64,000 nt of DNA from Cycas panzhihuaensis (Eukaryota; Plantae; Cycadophyta): positions 9,238,001-9,302,000 of the forward strand of contig CM041465.1 of the NCBI GenBank assembly GCA_023213395.1, read 5' to 3'. The first letter of the stretch is position 1; every line of letters begins with the position of its first letter. The notes beneath the pieces were generated by a model, which worked only from the letters and a program-made list of their open reading frames with translations, searched no databases and had not been told where the DNA came from. The position numbers were made by a program, and so were the translations under genes. Of the stretch, positions 38,606 to 52,990 are shown piece by piece.

Positions 38606-41600
38606 GATAAAAGAATTACCTTAAAAAATAAATTGTTTTGAAAGGAAAAAAATTCTTAAATCATATACTGAAATGCCCTTAAACAAGGTAATAAAAGACA
38701 CTAAAAAAACACAAGCCAACCCATCCCCCTTCAACTCTACGACATACACAAGTGTCCCAATTAGGACTCAACCTCCTTTAAAACGAAAATTTATATTAAT
38801 TGTGACTATAAGGTAAAGTTTTGCTAAGTTTGTTTAAGGGTTAACTCATAGGAAGTGCACAAACTAACATCAACTTTAAGTGAAAAAAAACATATTAAAT
38901 GATTTCAAAAATACTTAAAAGACCATTCCGTTAATAAAAGATTAAAATATGAGCCTAATGCTTTAAACAACACTTGATTCTAATACTTTATGATTAAGTC
39001 ATACTTTAGATAGTACAAAGAGGTCAAAAAATAATAAAGAGCCCTTTAGCATATGAACTACATAGAAAATTTTCATCAACTTTTAGTCATTAAATGAACT
39101 ATCAAATTCAAACCTAACATAGGTATATGACCACTCATTTTGTTTGAGTGAAAATAAAGAATACTTTGTAGTTGATAGATCTAAAAATGGGTCCTACAGG
39201 TGATAATTACACTTAATTAAGTAAAAATAAGTACTTAATATGAGACAACCTTCTTGAAAATGCTATTAATCCTCCTTTAAACTAATCTTCTAATCACTTT
39301 GCTACTTTATATGTCTAAGACTTTCCATTTAATCTTCATATTTGGCTCTCAAGTCTATAAATACTTTCTTCAACAAGTACATGATCTGCCTTACATATCT
39401 ATTGCATCAAGGTAGACTTCTCTCTCTTTACTCAGTAGTCTTCTCTTTGTCTACTAAAGAGCATCATAATAGATATACATTATAATGGAAGAAGTCCCAT
39501 CTTCCTATAGAGAACAACTAAACTAGTAAGGAGTGATGAAATGAAAGATGTTACAAAAGAAGAACAAGGCAGATCTAACCTACGTTAGAATAACTATATG
39601 AGATAGATGATAGTTTTGCCTTGTTGTGCTTTTATATATGATTATATATACTAGTAAATCAATAGACTAGATTACGTGGTGTGCAATGCAATGAAGGGAG
39701 TTAGTTTTATTAATTAAGATATAATAGGTACAATATCTTGGGGAGAGTCATGTTATACCAAATGATTTAAAAGATAAAGGCACAAATATAATAAATTTTA
39801 CGCTTATTCCAAGCGAGAAAAAAAATATATCATGTGACTAGTAAAATTATAGTCTAAGACCAATGGTATGCACATATAAGGCATAACTATAAAATACATG
39901 AGTGATGGGCTTTTCAATTCAAAATGATGGGACAATAAGAGACTTTGGATTGATTACGATGGACTATTAAATATTGGCCAATAACACATAAACACTTATG
40001 AAAAAAGGTAGTTACAATATTGATGCACACATAAATCAAGGCACAAGGATGTAAATACTAGATGAAGGCATATGATACACATAGGAAAGTACTTAGGCAT
40101 AAGGTGAACACAATCAAGCTACCTTAGTTATCACAATAATTCAGAGGGCAATGTTATCTCTACCACTAAAGAAAGCATAGGACCAAAATAAATTGGCTCA
40201 ATCCTATAAAATGCATACATATAGATATCTCGATGGAGAGGATGTAGATGAAAGCAAATGCCATCAATCAATATCTAATGTCACCATCAATATAAATGAA
40301 ATTTGAGATAATGGAAACATTTTAAAACACTCCCAAATACAAAGGTAGATTCAAATATAGTCAAGCGAAATCATCATGTTCCAAAGCATAAATAAAAAAT
40401 GCTTCAAGTGTAAATATAGACATACACACATAGTCCATATAATAGAGATAATATTTATGTAAGGACAAACCTTTGCATTACTCAAATAGACATCATATAA
40501 AATGTATATAAAGATACCCTATACTTAGTCATTCCAATGTAGATTTTATAAATGCAACATCAATAAATACAATCATAAGTACCAAACCAACAATGAGAGC
40601 TATCAATAAATTATAGATGAATGTGGCTCTAATACCAAATGATGGAATCAAAGGACAAACACAAGAGAGTAGGCAAGAGGGATAACCAATAATCCATAAG
40701 GAAGGTGGTGTTGATGAACACAAGGGTCTTTAGATCCCATGTAAATATAAGTAGGACCGAGAGGATTTGGCACAAATCTCAAGTTCCACCACTACTTGGT
40801 GTTGATAAATGCCTGATAATATGCTACCATAAGATATTAACCAATGATATGGTTATTGCCCCAATATGGGCATTATTCCAATAATTGATCCAAAGATGGT
40901 CACATAATTTTTCTAGCAAAGTTCACAATCTTCCAAAAAGATGATTTCTAATCTACTTTAATCAGTAATAGATCATTAGAAGGGAGTGCTAGAAAAATTT
41001 TGGTAGTATTTCCTTATATTAAAAACTCTTCTCATTCCTTTTGAAAATGCATAGGGATTTATAGGAAAAAAGAGAGGAGGGTGAATAAGAAAACCATGGT
41101 TTCTGCCCATGGTTTAGGCTAATGTTTCTCAATCAAATCTTATATAGAGAAAGGTAAGATTATTATGGATTAGTTAGAGTAGGTGAGGTAGCACTAAACT
41201 ACAAATTTGGGTAGAAATTATATTGAAATAGATAAAAAATTTATATTTTATTTCTTAATTTACAAATATGACAATCAAAATATGATAAATAACTAAAAAC
41301 GCAATAATATGAATAAGATGTAAAACACGTCAAGTTGTCATATTTTATTTGTGTTATCACATTTTTGGTATTACTAAAAATGTGACAAAATAGTGAGGCT
41401 ATAAGAAAAATAGAAACAAAGAATAAAATTCAATAAAATAAACTTGTGAGGCCCTCTAAAAGTAATAATGGCTTTAATGAAGACTAAATTATGATGAGAA
41501 AACATCAAAAAGTGATAAAAATAAGATTAAGATCGATCATAATGCTTGATAGTATTGAAAAATAAATGATAAAAAGGAAAGACTTGTAGCAGTTTACTAA

Positions 41601-42987
41601 CCATGTTAGATAGGAGCATTTAATCACATCATAATATCAATCATTGATAAATTAAGATTATCACAATCACATGCATTCAATCATCTAATTAGCAATCCTT
41701 CAACTTTTATGGCTTAAAACAAAGAGACGAATGCATAATCATGTCTTAACTAAATCTTTTCAAATCAAATAATGAATTGAAGTAGACCCAATAACCAAAA
41801 TGCTAACCAACTGATATTCATTAAACAAACACAAACCATAACTAGTAAATAACTTAAGCAAACAAATCAAGACATGAACCTAACTAAATCAAAAGGGTGA
41901 GTTACAATGAAATATTATAAGACATTAGTAATGAGAGGTATGTGTTTATGCATATGTATATGTAAATGTTTCTAGGGTTAAATGTCCATATGCTTTATAA
42001 AAAATGTAAATACCTATTAATAAAAATAAGGTTATATTGTTTAAAGGGAGTAATAAGGGGTATATGATATGTGTAAAGGGGGAAGTACCTAGGGAGTAAT
42101 GCCTTTGTTATTAATCCTTAGTGTTTTATGCCCTCTTTATAAAACCACATGGTTATTAAATGAATTAGTGGAAAATTAAATGAATCCATAACTACGTGTG
42201 ATACATATTTACCCTATAATGCCATTTAAAAGGGTGATTGATCCTAACTATCCTTTAATAGTCTTAATCTAAATTGACCATGGTCTAAAAGACAACTAAT
42301 ATGAGAGGTGGTTGACTTATAACAAAAATTCAAAGAGTAGACAATTATTCTAATCTTTGGCATATTTACCTTTAGCATGTTAATCTTTTGGATATTTGAT
42401 TTTATGTACATGTTTACCTTTTAGGCATTTAAATTTAAATATGTTTAGCACTCTCCCTAGTGTTGTAAGGTTTTCATACCTATAATTAAAAATGTGCTTG
42501 TAAAGCTATAAGTAAGCTTTCTTGTTGAGTTTATGGTTGATTGTAAAAGGGAATTTTATTGTGGTTAATGTGTGAGGCTTTTTGTAACAATCCTCTATAC
42601 CATTACTCAACATATAATGATTTGACAATAAATCCAAGCAAGGGAGGAAAACATAGAAGCTAAAAGTGTGATTGATCTTTAACAAAGATGTAATTGATTT
42701 GAATTAAATAAAAACTAAATAATACAATGCATAAGATGGTGCATTTATATATAAAATATGCATACCATTTCATATAGCATCACCCTTAATCTTCATGTCA
42801 ACTACCGATTAACATTAACCCACTAACTCTATTAATCTTAGCTCATTTCTTTATTATTTTATCATTCTAATTCTACATTAAAATTAACCATTGACTCTAT
42901 TATTCTTAACCCATAATATTAACTATATAATGTAACCCTATTGTATAAACTATGTTATACTATTCGTAGGTTATGGGGACCATAGCA

Positions 42988-43486
42988 TTACCTTACGCTT
43001 GGGAATGCTTTACCCTCAAAGAATCAAAATTCTATATGACCACCTCTTATAACTACTAAGATGTCTTTGATGTTGATATCGAAGAGAAGAGGTTGCTACT
43101 ATACAATTTTCTAGTAGTTAGTGATACATAATATTTACTAATTGATTTTATAAATTAAGAAAACACAACTCCTTTAACTAGTTGTCATCATTAAAGAAAT
43201 AATATCCCATAGTATAGTAAATTAGAGATCCATAAATATTATGACCCAAATACTCCAATGAGGTGTATAACAAAGATTTTTCCTTGAGAAGGCCAAGATT
43301 ATGAGCTTTAGAAGGGAAAAGGACTACATTGTGATCTAGATTTTCTCCTTGAGGGGGATGAAAATCCTCCTAATCATCCAAAAGTTTACTTTATATAATA
43401 AGTAACCCATCATCTTTTTCTAAGGTAACTGACTCAAGGTTGATCATATTGGCATCTAGTGGAGATGTAAGTGAAGAAGGGATATC
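42988..43486 (-). pseudogene. Highly deleted Ty3/gypsy pol relic (host of element G), probably continuing at 51087-51380
   Basis: HPPQGENLDHNVVL (resembles the RT-proximal LPPxRxxDHxIxL motif), EYLGHNI (RT) and a gypsy-type terminus TTTGAGGGTAAAG...GGTAA-TGCTA, giving a likely LTR start at 42987. Confidence 0.55.
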
Positions 43487-43802
43487 TGTAGTGGATCTCA
43501 TATCCACTACCAAAATAGAAATAAATGTGATAAATATTTCTATAAGAAATACATTTTTATTGAATTGAATTAGATGTGATATCTTTACTAGATTTTGGGG
43601 GCATATAAATATATAGTAAAGCACCCTTTACAAAGAGTCACATCCTTAAATTAATATGTATGAATAATGTAGTTGCAAGGTTTTCAATGAATCCCTCCCC
43701 TTTCAAAATGTTTTAGGCTTAAAGCATGGGAAAGTTTCATGGAATTCTTGTATGCAAACACTAAGCATTTCTTAATTGATTGTTGGTTTATTTATTGTTA
43801 AA

Positions 43803-45050
43803 TTATTCTTTTGTTAGAATGTATATAGAGTATAATTGAGCGATATAATCTACTTTCCATTGGTTTCTCTTTGATATAGGGGTGTTTTTAGATTTAGGTA
43901 AAGAAAATTTAAAGAATTGATGGGGTTTTCCACCCCATTGAAAATAAATAAAGTTTTGGCTATGGTTCAATGCATATGTTCCTAGTTTCCTAAGCCATTT
44001 AACCCCAAGTATAGCATCTACATCTCCTATGGAGAAGGCATAATACTTAGTGTAAAAGATAACAATGTTGATTTGAAGTTGATGACTAATAAGATCTGTG
44101 TCATAGTGTATTTGTTGATCACATGTCATTGCTATATGAAAAGTCTTGGATCTAGTAGTGAAAAGGCCTAAATAATTTACAACCTTGGTGATTATAAAGT
44201 TGTAAGTACTTTCTAGGTTGATAAGAATGACTACATTTTTCTTGTGTCTAAGTCCCTAAAGTTTGATGGTATTGGATTGTGGGTTGCTTAATATAGTTGC
44301 TGAAGAGATGGAAGGTTGGCCATCATTAAGAGGTAGTGTCCCCACTAGAGGTGGCTAATCATTAATAATATTAATTTCACTATTATCAACTTCTACTACA
44401 TAGAGTTAGATTCATCATAAACACACCTTAAAAAGTGTCCTATAAACCACTTTTTGTTATAATACCAATAATTTCCATCTTGAATTAACCTTTTAGGTTT
44501 TAAAATATGGTCAATAAGTAATTGTTGATTTCTAGAACTTGATCATTGCCCAAGAGGAAACTTTTGAGAGGTTTGTGCTTACTTCTTGACCTCAACTTGT
44601 CATGTAAGTTTGATGGATTTCTCTAGTATAGTAGGCTAAAATATTTTGACTTCAATGTCAATGCTAGGGTTTAAGTTAACTTAATAGAATTACACTCTTT
44701 CCTCATTTGAAATAGATGTCTTGAGTTAGAGTCTTTCAAAACATTTAATAAATTCCTCGACTAATAAATCACATTGAAAATAATAAGACAACTAGACTTT
44801 ATAGGGAGTAGCATTTGGTCCTTCTACGCGTTGGTATATGGCATCAATAAAGTCATCCCAAATAATATAACCATGATTTAAATGCTATTTTTATATCCAT
44901 GTGAAGATAGGTCATTCTAAATAGTTAATAACACATATAGTTTTTTTTCCAAGGGTATTAATTTTAAGATCTTAAAATACTACTTCAAGTTTAGCAACCT
45001 ATTCATCAAGATTAATTATACCTTTAATACTAAAGTTGGGAATAGTCAGT
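43803..45050 (-). pseudogene. Ty3/gypsy gag-protease relic
   Basis: IWDDFIDAIY (gag), VILINLESTYNFI (decayed LIDSGSTHNFI protease motif), DVDAILGVKWLRKLG. Confidence 0.8.
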
Positions 45051-46755
45051 TGCCTTTTATATTAGATCATTCCTTGTTTACTAGTATTGCTATTGTTTTA
45101 AGAGTTAGATGATTTTGGCTTTGATTATACTTGCTTGGTCATGAGTTGGTGTATAATGTCATTAGTTTATTTCATCCATTACTCATAGTGTCAGGTCAAG
45201 AGTTGATGTCTCTTATTGAATTATCTTGATTACCCATTCATGAGCATTCCTTATTTTTAACTTTGACTGATGTTGTAAGTCTAGATTTGAGCTTTAGTGC
45301 CTATTGCTTGTGGAGGATAAATTTATTAGTGTTATATACTTTTAGCAATTGAAAAGTTACCCACAAGAGACTTTGTCTCTTAAAATACCACTACGATTAT
45401 TAACTTGATAAAGTAACAAGGAGATTTTAAATCTTGATGGTAAAAAATAATAGGGTAATTAGTTGTAATATGGAATAGACTTAGTTTGAGAAGGAAATAT
45501 GTAATTGAATGATGATTATGGGTTTGGGAAGAGAATATTCTTCAAAGGAGAATATGCCTTTAAAGGTGAATTTATTATTCACTTTGATTATTCTTACTAT
45601 TATAAAACTAATTTAGCATACAAGTAAGTTATATATAGATGATAAAGAAAGAATGAATGTCCCAAGATAAGGCGAGAAGGTGAGAGTAATTATAATTAGG
45701 CAAGGAGGTGAAAATGATTATGATTACTAAGCATTAAGAATGAGGCATTAATGAGGAGTAGAAAATGAATGTATGATTGGGCATGAATGTCTAACTCTCA
45801 ATGGAACCTCCACACATATTGCAAATCAATTTTAGATCACATCCACGAGGATCTCAAAGTAATAATAAACCTAATATCTACAAGATACATGTATATCATA
45901 GGAGTGTCACATATGTTGGATGGCGTTATCCTATTTTGAATAATCAAAGCCTTCACAACTACTTGTAGTACCACAATGGTAATTTTTTTGTAGTCTTAGT
46001 GTGATGAATTACACCCCATTATTAGGACAATAATTTGAAACTATACTCTATTATATGCATATGGCACTAGATTAGAGTAGATATCTTGAAGCACCTGAGA
46101 TGATGAGATTAATGCATGTAATATGCCTCGTATAACTAAGTGGGAAAGGATAGTTTTGGTAATAAGTGATGATTTTTTTTTTTTTAATAAAAGAATATCC
46201 TTTGAAATGGTAATGATCACTTTAGTTGGCTAAAAGTTAAAGGTTGGGTCACTACAAATTGGTTGGATGAATACGATGGAGGAGTAATATGTGCAAAACA
46301 AAATCAAGGTAATCAAGGGATAATAATTACAAAATAGAAGTAATAGAGGGTATAGAAGGTAACATGGGAATGACAAACTTAAAATTAAGTCTAAGACTAT
46401 AGATTCTTTGGCAAAATGGCTATGGAATAAAGGAAGGATAATGGCTACAGAAATAGTGATGAACAACTATAAAATGGAATGATCAAATAGTGATGGCAAT
46501 ATAGGAGAATGATTGGAGGAATGGAGGCAATGATAAATTGTAAGACTAATGCAAAAATTGAGCAAGGTAATGCCTAAGTAATTTGTTTTAGGTAAAAAAC
46601 TACAAATTAATCATTTTTTACAAAGCTAAGAACCATTAAGCTCTGATACTATTTATAGTGGATCTCACATCCACTACTAAATAGAAGTAAGTTTGATAAA
46701 TATTTCTATAAGAAATATATATTTTATTGAATTGAATTAGATATGATGTCTTTAA

Positions 46756-49700
46756 TATTGGAATTAATGTTCATATATGAGGACATATTGAGATGTGAGT
46801 TATCAAGATTGATGACATGTGTCATAGGAGTCACTAAAGTCCTAAATGGACTTGTAATAAGTGTCATAGGAATTATTAGTCTTAAATGGAGTGTTGACAA
46901 ATGATAATAGTTATGGAATCTTGTTGGACTATTATTAAGCTTAAGCATATATTAAGATGTAACATATGTGATGTAACAATGCTAGTTTTTAAAGGTCATT
47001 CTAAATGAATAATATTTTCAGTTATAGTTAGACTAAGTCTACCTTGCATCTATTCTTATCTTTTTGATGTATTTGTTATTGTACTTGTGATTGGTTCCAT
47101 GATCAATCTTATATATCATATTTGGTATTAGAATAGGTCATTGTTATTAGCTATAAATCATTTTTATAACTAATAACATATGGAACATTATAGGCTTATT
47201 TGATTAAATTCTACCAAGTTTGTTAGTTTTGTTGATTATTGTTATTATAAAGATCATGATGTGTAGCTTTTGCACATTGGCCTAAATGGAATGATTGAGA
47301 GTATTGCTTGTATATGACAACTATTTTAGAGTTATTAGTACTGCAAGGGCCTTAAGAAGCATGTAGTTATGGTGAATGAACCTTAACTGATTGTGGTTAG
47401 AGATGGAGAGTTGGCTACTTTGCCTATTATACAACCATAAGATTATTAGGGAAATGAAAACTTTGAAGAGTAACCTCACCAAGGGTAGAGTTTAAAGTAT
47501 AAAATGGATGCTATAGTGCAATATGATAGTCTCATAGCCTAATAGTTATGTTTTGATATCTTAAGTTAATATTGAGGAAGTGGAGAGCCAAGATTCTAAT
47601 GTTCTATTAAATGGCCCTAATGCTTAAGGTCTGTAAAATAATAAAGACAACCTACACCGACTTTAGGTATGGAAGATCCTTTATTGTATTACAACAATAC
47701 GATGTTGTAATTCATATTTTTCATAGACACTCAATATTCATGAATGTTACATTGATAAGGCATTGGTCACATGTGATAAGCATACATAGTGTTTTAACCA
47801 AATTTGGGGATGACATTTCCAAATAACAATATGCATGTAGTGTGTCATCATAAACAAATTAATAAAAAACACTCATGATGTAAACAATAGAAGCTTGATG
47901 ATTAGATGAATGAAGTTTTGACATTAAAAATTGCATTGCATTGAGTGCGTTCTAGAATCACTTAGGATTTGGCCTATGAGAGTCTAGAAATACTGCACTA
48001 TTAGCCATAGATAGGGTAGTCTAACATGGTGAGAAGGCATGCTTAGTTCTTTGCCATTATGATAAATTTTATATTATTAATGTAATTTCAACAAGTAAAT
48101 CCATTTGAGATCAAACTATGAGACATTAAAGGTATTAACACCAACATATTCATGTTTGAATCTTCTTTGATGATCTTAAGCTATTGATGTGATAGAGGGT
48201 GACTATAATTTATGGATCTAACCAAATGCCATAGTTAAACAAGAATTACATTATTTAAGTGATCTTTGGGAGAAGATGACACTATCTTAGAGGTGATATT
48301 AACAAATTTAAGAATGCCAACTAAGTCATTAATGAAAATAGGCACAAAATTATTGTAGCGAGGTGTTATATAAATAAAATCTGCCAACATAAGAGCATAG
48401 GATAAAAACATATTTTTTATTTGGTAATGTAGAAATGAAATTAAATTATTTCTAATTTCACTTTGAGGTTTGAAGCCCCCCTCTCTGTTAGCCTAAGATC
48501 ACATAGACTAAAAAGGTGCTAAGCTATTTTTTAAGTCATAAGATGGTCTTTTAACAAAATAAAGAACACTTTCTTATTATAAGTTTCTTTGTTCTTTATA
48601 ATTAGCATGGTCATACAGGTAAATTTTGACTCCTTGCATGGGGTTCAATGACTTAGCATAATTTGTTGGCACTTTGCCTAGTGACTCAAAGGTTCTTAGT
48701 CAGTGTTGTTTAATAAAATTTAGGTATGTTGTCACAGGGATATTTAAATGCCCATTACATAGTTGTCATGGTTGCTTTTGTTATTTTTAAAACATTTAAA
48801 TAAGTGGAATATGTCTAATTTTTCACTCAATTAAAATACCTCAGAGGACCTGCCATTATTATAAGAAATTAGGATATATTAAAAGATATTATCGGTTATT
48901 ATAGGCTGATCAATAACATAGAGATAATTTGTAGTATGGAATTGATTAACAAATTATGGTAGCACATAATAAAAGGTACAATGATGTCTGATATATAGAC
49001 TCAACTACTTCTAGACACATGATAGGTAGGCTTGATTAGTTCAAGTATATGTGGGAGGCATTAGGGCATATTATATCTCTGGGAGACAATAAGATATTAA
49101 CTATCAAATGCATTAGGGAGGTTCCAATTATAACTCCAAATCATAATGATTATTATGTGGAGAATGTTTTGTACGTGGTCAAATTTAAGAAAAATCTAAT
49201 TTTTATCAGTTAAATAAAGGACAATGGGATGCGTGTTCTCTTTAAGGATAAGAATGTGATTATATGTGATCATGAAGGAAAAATAGTTATAGAAAGAGTA
49301 AGATAAAATCATCTTTATAAGCTCTTAGGTATGTTTGTAAACCAAAGAACATATATGACTACATGAGTATGAAATAAGATTTAGTTATGACATGAAAGGT
49401 TGGGACATCTACATTTCATTGGCCTTTAGTTAATGAAGAAATTAAATATGGTACATGGTTTTTCAAAGTTTAGAGTAAGAAGGTCATGTGTGATCATTAT
49501 ATTAATAGGAAGCATCATAAGGAAAGATTTTCAAAAGGCAAGACAACTAAAAAATTAAGCCTAGTACACTCAAACATTTATGGTCCTATGCTAAACACTT
49601 TACTTAGAGATGAAAAATAACTCTTAACCTTTATTGATGACTATTATAGGAAAATATGGGTTTATGGGTTTATCCTTTAAAGGAAAAGTCTTAAGTATTC

Positions 49701-50980
49701 AAGACATTTAAGGAGTTTAAAGTAAAAGTGGAGAAGGAAAGTGGACTAAGAATTAAGGTACTAAGGTTAGATAAAAGGGGAGAATTTACCTCTAGAACCT
49801 TTGTCTAGTTTTATAAGGACCATAGCATCAAACAGATGATATTAACATACTCACATTAGTAGGTCATGTTATGTGAGAGAATAAACAGGATGCTGGTTGA
49901 AAAGGCCAAGAATCTCTCAAACATATTTTAGGCAAAAGCAGTTGGTATAGTAGCTTACGTGACAAATAAGATCATAACTAAAGTTGTAAGGGATAAAACA
50001 CCTAAAGAAGCATGGTTAGGTCATAAGCCTATATTTAACCATCTTAGAATCTTTGGAAGCCAACATATATATAGGTTCCCAAAGATGAATATAAAAAAGT
50101 ATTAATAAAAGCTTGAAAGGCATTGTTGTTGGTTACAATAAAGAGATGAAAGTCTGCCAAATATACAAATTAATAACTAAAAAGGTTTATACAACTTAGG
50201 AGGTTATCTTTGAAGAGGATGACAAACATGTTATAAAAGTCATCTCTAAAGAGGCTGATAAGTAGGTGATAGATTAAGGTCAAGATCTAGACATCTAGAA
50301 AATTTTGGAAGATAAAGAAAAGTAGATCAAAGGAACATGCTAAATCTAGTTCTTCAAATTAGTAGGTTATTAAGCTAAAGATTGAGCCAAATGATGAAGA
50401 AATTGAGGAGGAGATATTTGAAGGCACTCAAGAGACAAAATTAAAACTTGAGGTCATTCCATTTGTCAAATTTCCTAAATGGTACATGAAGACCATTAAG
50501 CAAGCTTAGTTGCCCAAGATAATATGAAAATAGAAATCAACGATGAGGCCTAATACTTTGCCAGTAGGTTAGTTTAATAAATTCAATTAATCATATAAAC
50601 ATTAAAGGAGAGTTTTGGAATTAATATTCATATATAAAGATAAATTGAGGTGTGAGTCATCAAAGTTGATGACATGTATCACAAGAGTTACTAAAGTCCT
50701 AAATGGACTTGTAATAAGTGTCATAGGAATTATTAGAGTCTTAAATAGAGTGGTGACAAATATCAAGCAATTACACAATCTTATTAGGACCATTACTAAA
50801 CCTAAGTGTATATTAAGATGTCACATATATGACATAGCAATGGTGTCTTTTAGAGGTTGTCCGAATAAATGATAATTTTAGTTATAGGTAGACTAATTCT
50901 ACCTAATATTTATTCTTGTGCTTTTAATGCATTTATTATTGTATGTATGCTTCGTTGCATGATTGATCCTATATCTCATG
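46756..50980 (+). mobile_element. Element H: Ty1/copia deletion derivative lacking RT/RNase H, inserted in G's 5' LTR
   Basis: LTRs at 46756-47120 and 50613-50980. PBS TGGTATTAGAAT at 47123. PPT at 50601-50612. TSD TTTAA/TTTAT (the uninterrupted LTR copy has TTTAC). IDSTTSRHM (PR); L*HERLGHL, LVHSNIYGP and TFIDDYYRKIW (IN). Confidence 0.88.
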
Positions 50981-52990
50981 TTTATAAGATTTTTGGGGCA
51001 TACAAATATATAATGAAACACCTCTTATGAAGAGTCACATCCCTAACTTAATATATATTACAAATGTCATTGTAAGGTTTGCAACAATATCAATATGGCT
51101 ATCAACAATGTGTAAATAAAAATATAAACTTGATACATGGGGATTCATGAGAATTAGTTTCCCCAATTTCTTCTTCTAGTGGAGTTAGTTCTAGTTCAAC
51201 AAGAGTTTCTTTTTCCTACTTCCTCTCATTTAGCTTGGGTTCCTTATAATAAGTCGTCTCTTCAAAAATATACTGGCGAAGGCATAAAATGTAGACTTGC
51301 CAATCTTATATGTAATATATGTAATACTAAGTTCTTATTAATTAGTAAAGGCAAATGTAAAAATAATTAGAGGTGAGTAATGTTTGGATAATGCCTAATG
51401 TGTTAAAGAGTGTGCAACCATCCTCGGGCCTGCAAACGACACCTCGGGCCACCTATAGCCACCATGTAGCCATCAGAGCCAACTAAGGTGTGTTAATTTA
51501 ATATTTCATTTATTATTTTATTTATTTTTTGAATTTTGTACTAACATTGGGTTGAGGCAGTCCATTACCTCCCAAAAACTATATATTGAAGGGAATGCCT
51601 CCTTGGTGTTTTTTTAACACTACCTTTGGATCTACGAAGATTACTACCTTGTGAAGGTGGATTAAAGATCTTGTGATCCTCTCACTCTACTCCTCGACGC
51701 CTTCATTTGGTATTAGAGCTTGTGATCGTGTATGGTATTTCAAGTTTTGCCTCTGCATCACTTTACCAAGTTTTTTATGAGTTTATATAAATATTTTTCA
51801 GATATTTCTCTATTAAATTACGAGTGATAAGATTATAGTTTCATCTTGCCTTTATATTTGCTATTCTATTTGCATTTGAATAGTGCGTGGAGCTATTTAT
51901 ACCAGCGTTTTCATTCACCTTATGTATGGTTCCACTATGCCTGCTCCATTCCCAACGTGGTATGTCAACCTTAGTGTCTTTGTCTCCATTTATGTCCTCC
52001 TCACATCTCTGTCTGAACGTTTACCCTCAAGCTACCATATAATGCACATACGAAGAGATTCTTTATTGTACAAAATCCCATTAGATTTCTTATGACCGAG
52101 CTCTGGATCCTTTCCAAACCTACTGCATTATCAAAGTTTCATAAATTTTGATGTTTATTCGACTTTGGAACTCGTTTTATATTTCTATATTAGTATGAGG
52201 CTTCAATTATTTTGAAACTTAGCTTACATTAAAATCCTTTGAGAGTTCCTCCAAGAATTTGTATGAGCTATTGCAAAACGCTAGATGAACGTCAATTCAT
52301 TTTTGCATTGAATATCTTAAAATTTGGTATATATTTAGATGCTGTAGAGTCGTTTGAATCTTCTGGCCTCATGTTGTTCAAAGCTTAGTTGGAGTTGGAA
52401 GTTGTTTTTGTTTCAAGGAAATCGATTGCAAAAGCTTAACCCCCTTTAGATCCCTGTCTCTCCATGCTTGTAATTCATATCCAAAGCATTATAAAAATTT
52501 GTGAGCTAAGAAGAACCGAATGGACCCATGACTTTCACATTGGGCACAAGCTCTTCATATCTATATGCCCATGTTTCTACCCTATCAATATTCCCTTTAG
52601 CGTTTGGATCCTAATTGAGCTGGGTGCCGAGGCTCGGACAGCTGGGATCGACCAACACACTAGACCAACGCTTATGTCTAGTATGTTAAGTATGCTTGTG
52701 AAGGAAGAGTGGCTTATCAAGCTTGTGAAGCTGAAATCATCATCTACTATTATTATTGAAGGCTACTAGTCTTCAAATCTTATGGTCAATCTTTTCACTT
52801 TGTAGATTTTATTTGTCATTTATTTATGTCTTGCCTTCTGACCTTAGTTGTTTAGAGACTGCTCATTAAGTTTTATAGTAAGCATTCTCCAAATTGTTGT
52901 ATATCCTTTGTGTGTATGTTATCTAGTGGATAACTTATGCAAGCTTTGGGGTAAATACTATTCATGTCTTATGGTTTCTGTTTCCTAGCT

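Larger units (their letters stand above)
26915..40883 (-). mobile_element. Element E: old Ty1/copia interrupted by element F
   Basis: LTRs at 40640-40883 (5') and 26915-~27155 (3'). TSD ATTGA (26910-26914 / 40884-40888). PBS reverse complement GCTCTAATACCA at 40626-40637. gag ATG at 38605. Confidence 0.9.
43487..51086 (-). mobile_element. Element G: internally deleted Ty3/gypsy (chromovirus-like); 5' LTR split by H
   Basis: 3' LTR at 43487-43689. 5' LTR = 46654-46755 + 50981-51086. Perfect TSD ATATC (43482-43486 / 51087-51091). PBS rc GCTCTGATACTA at 46640-46651. PPT rc AATCCCTCCCCTTT at 43690-43703. Confidence 0.88.
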
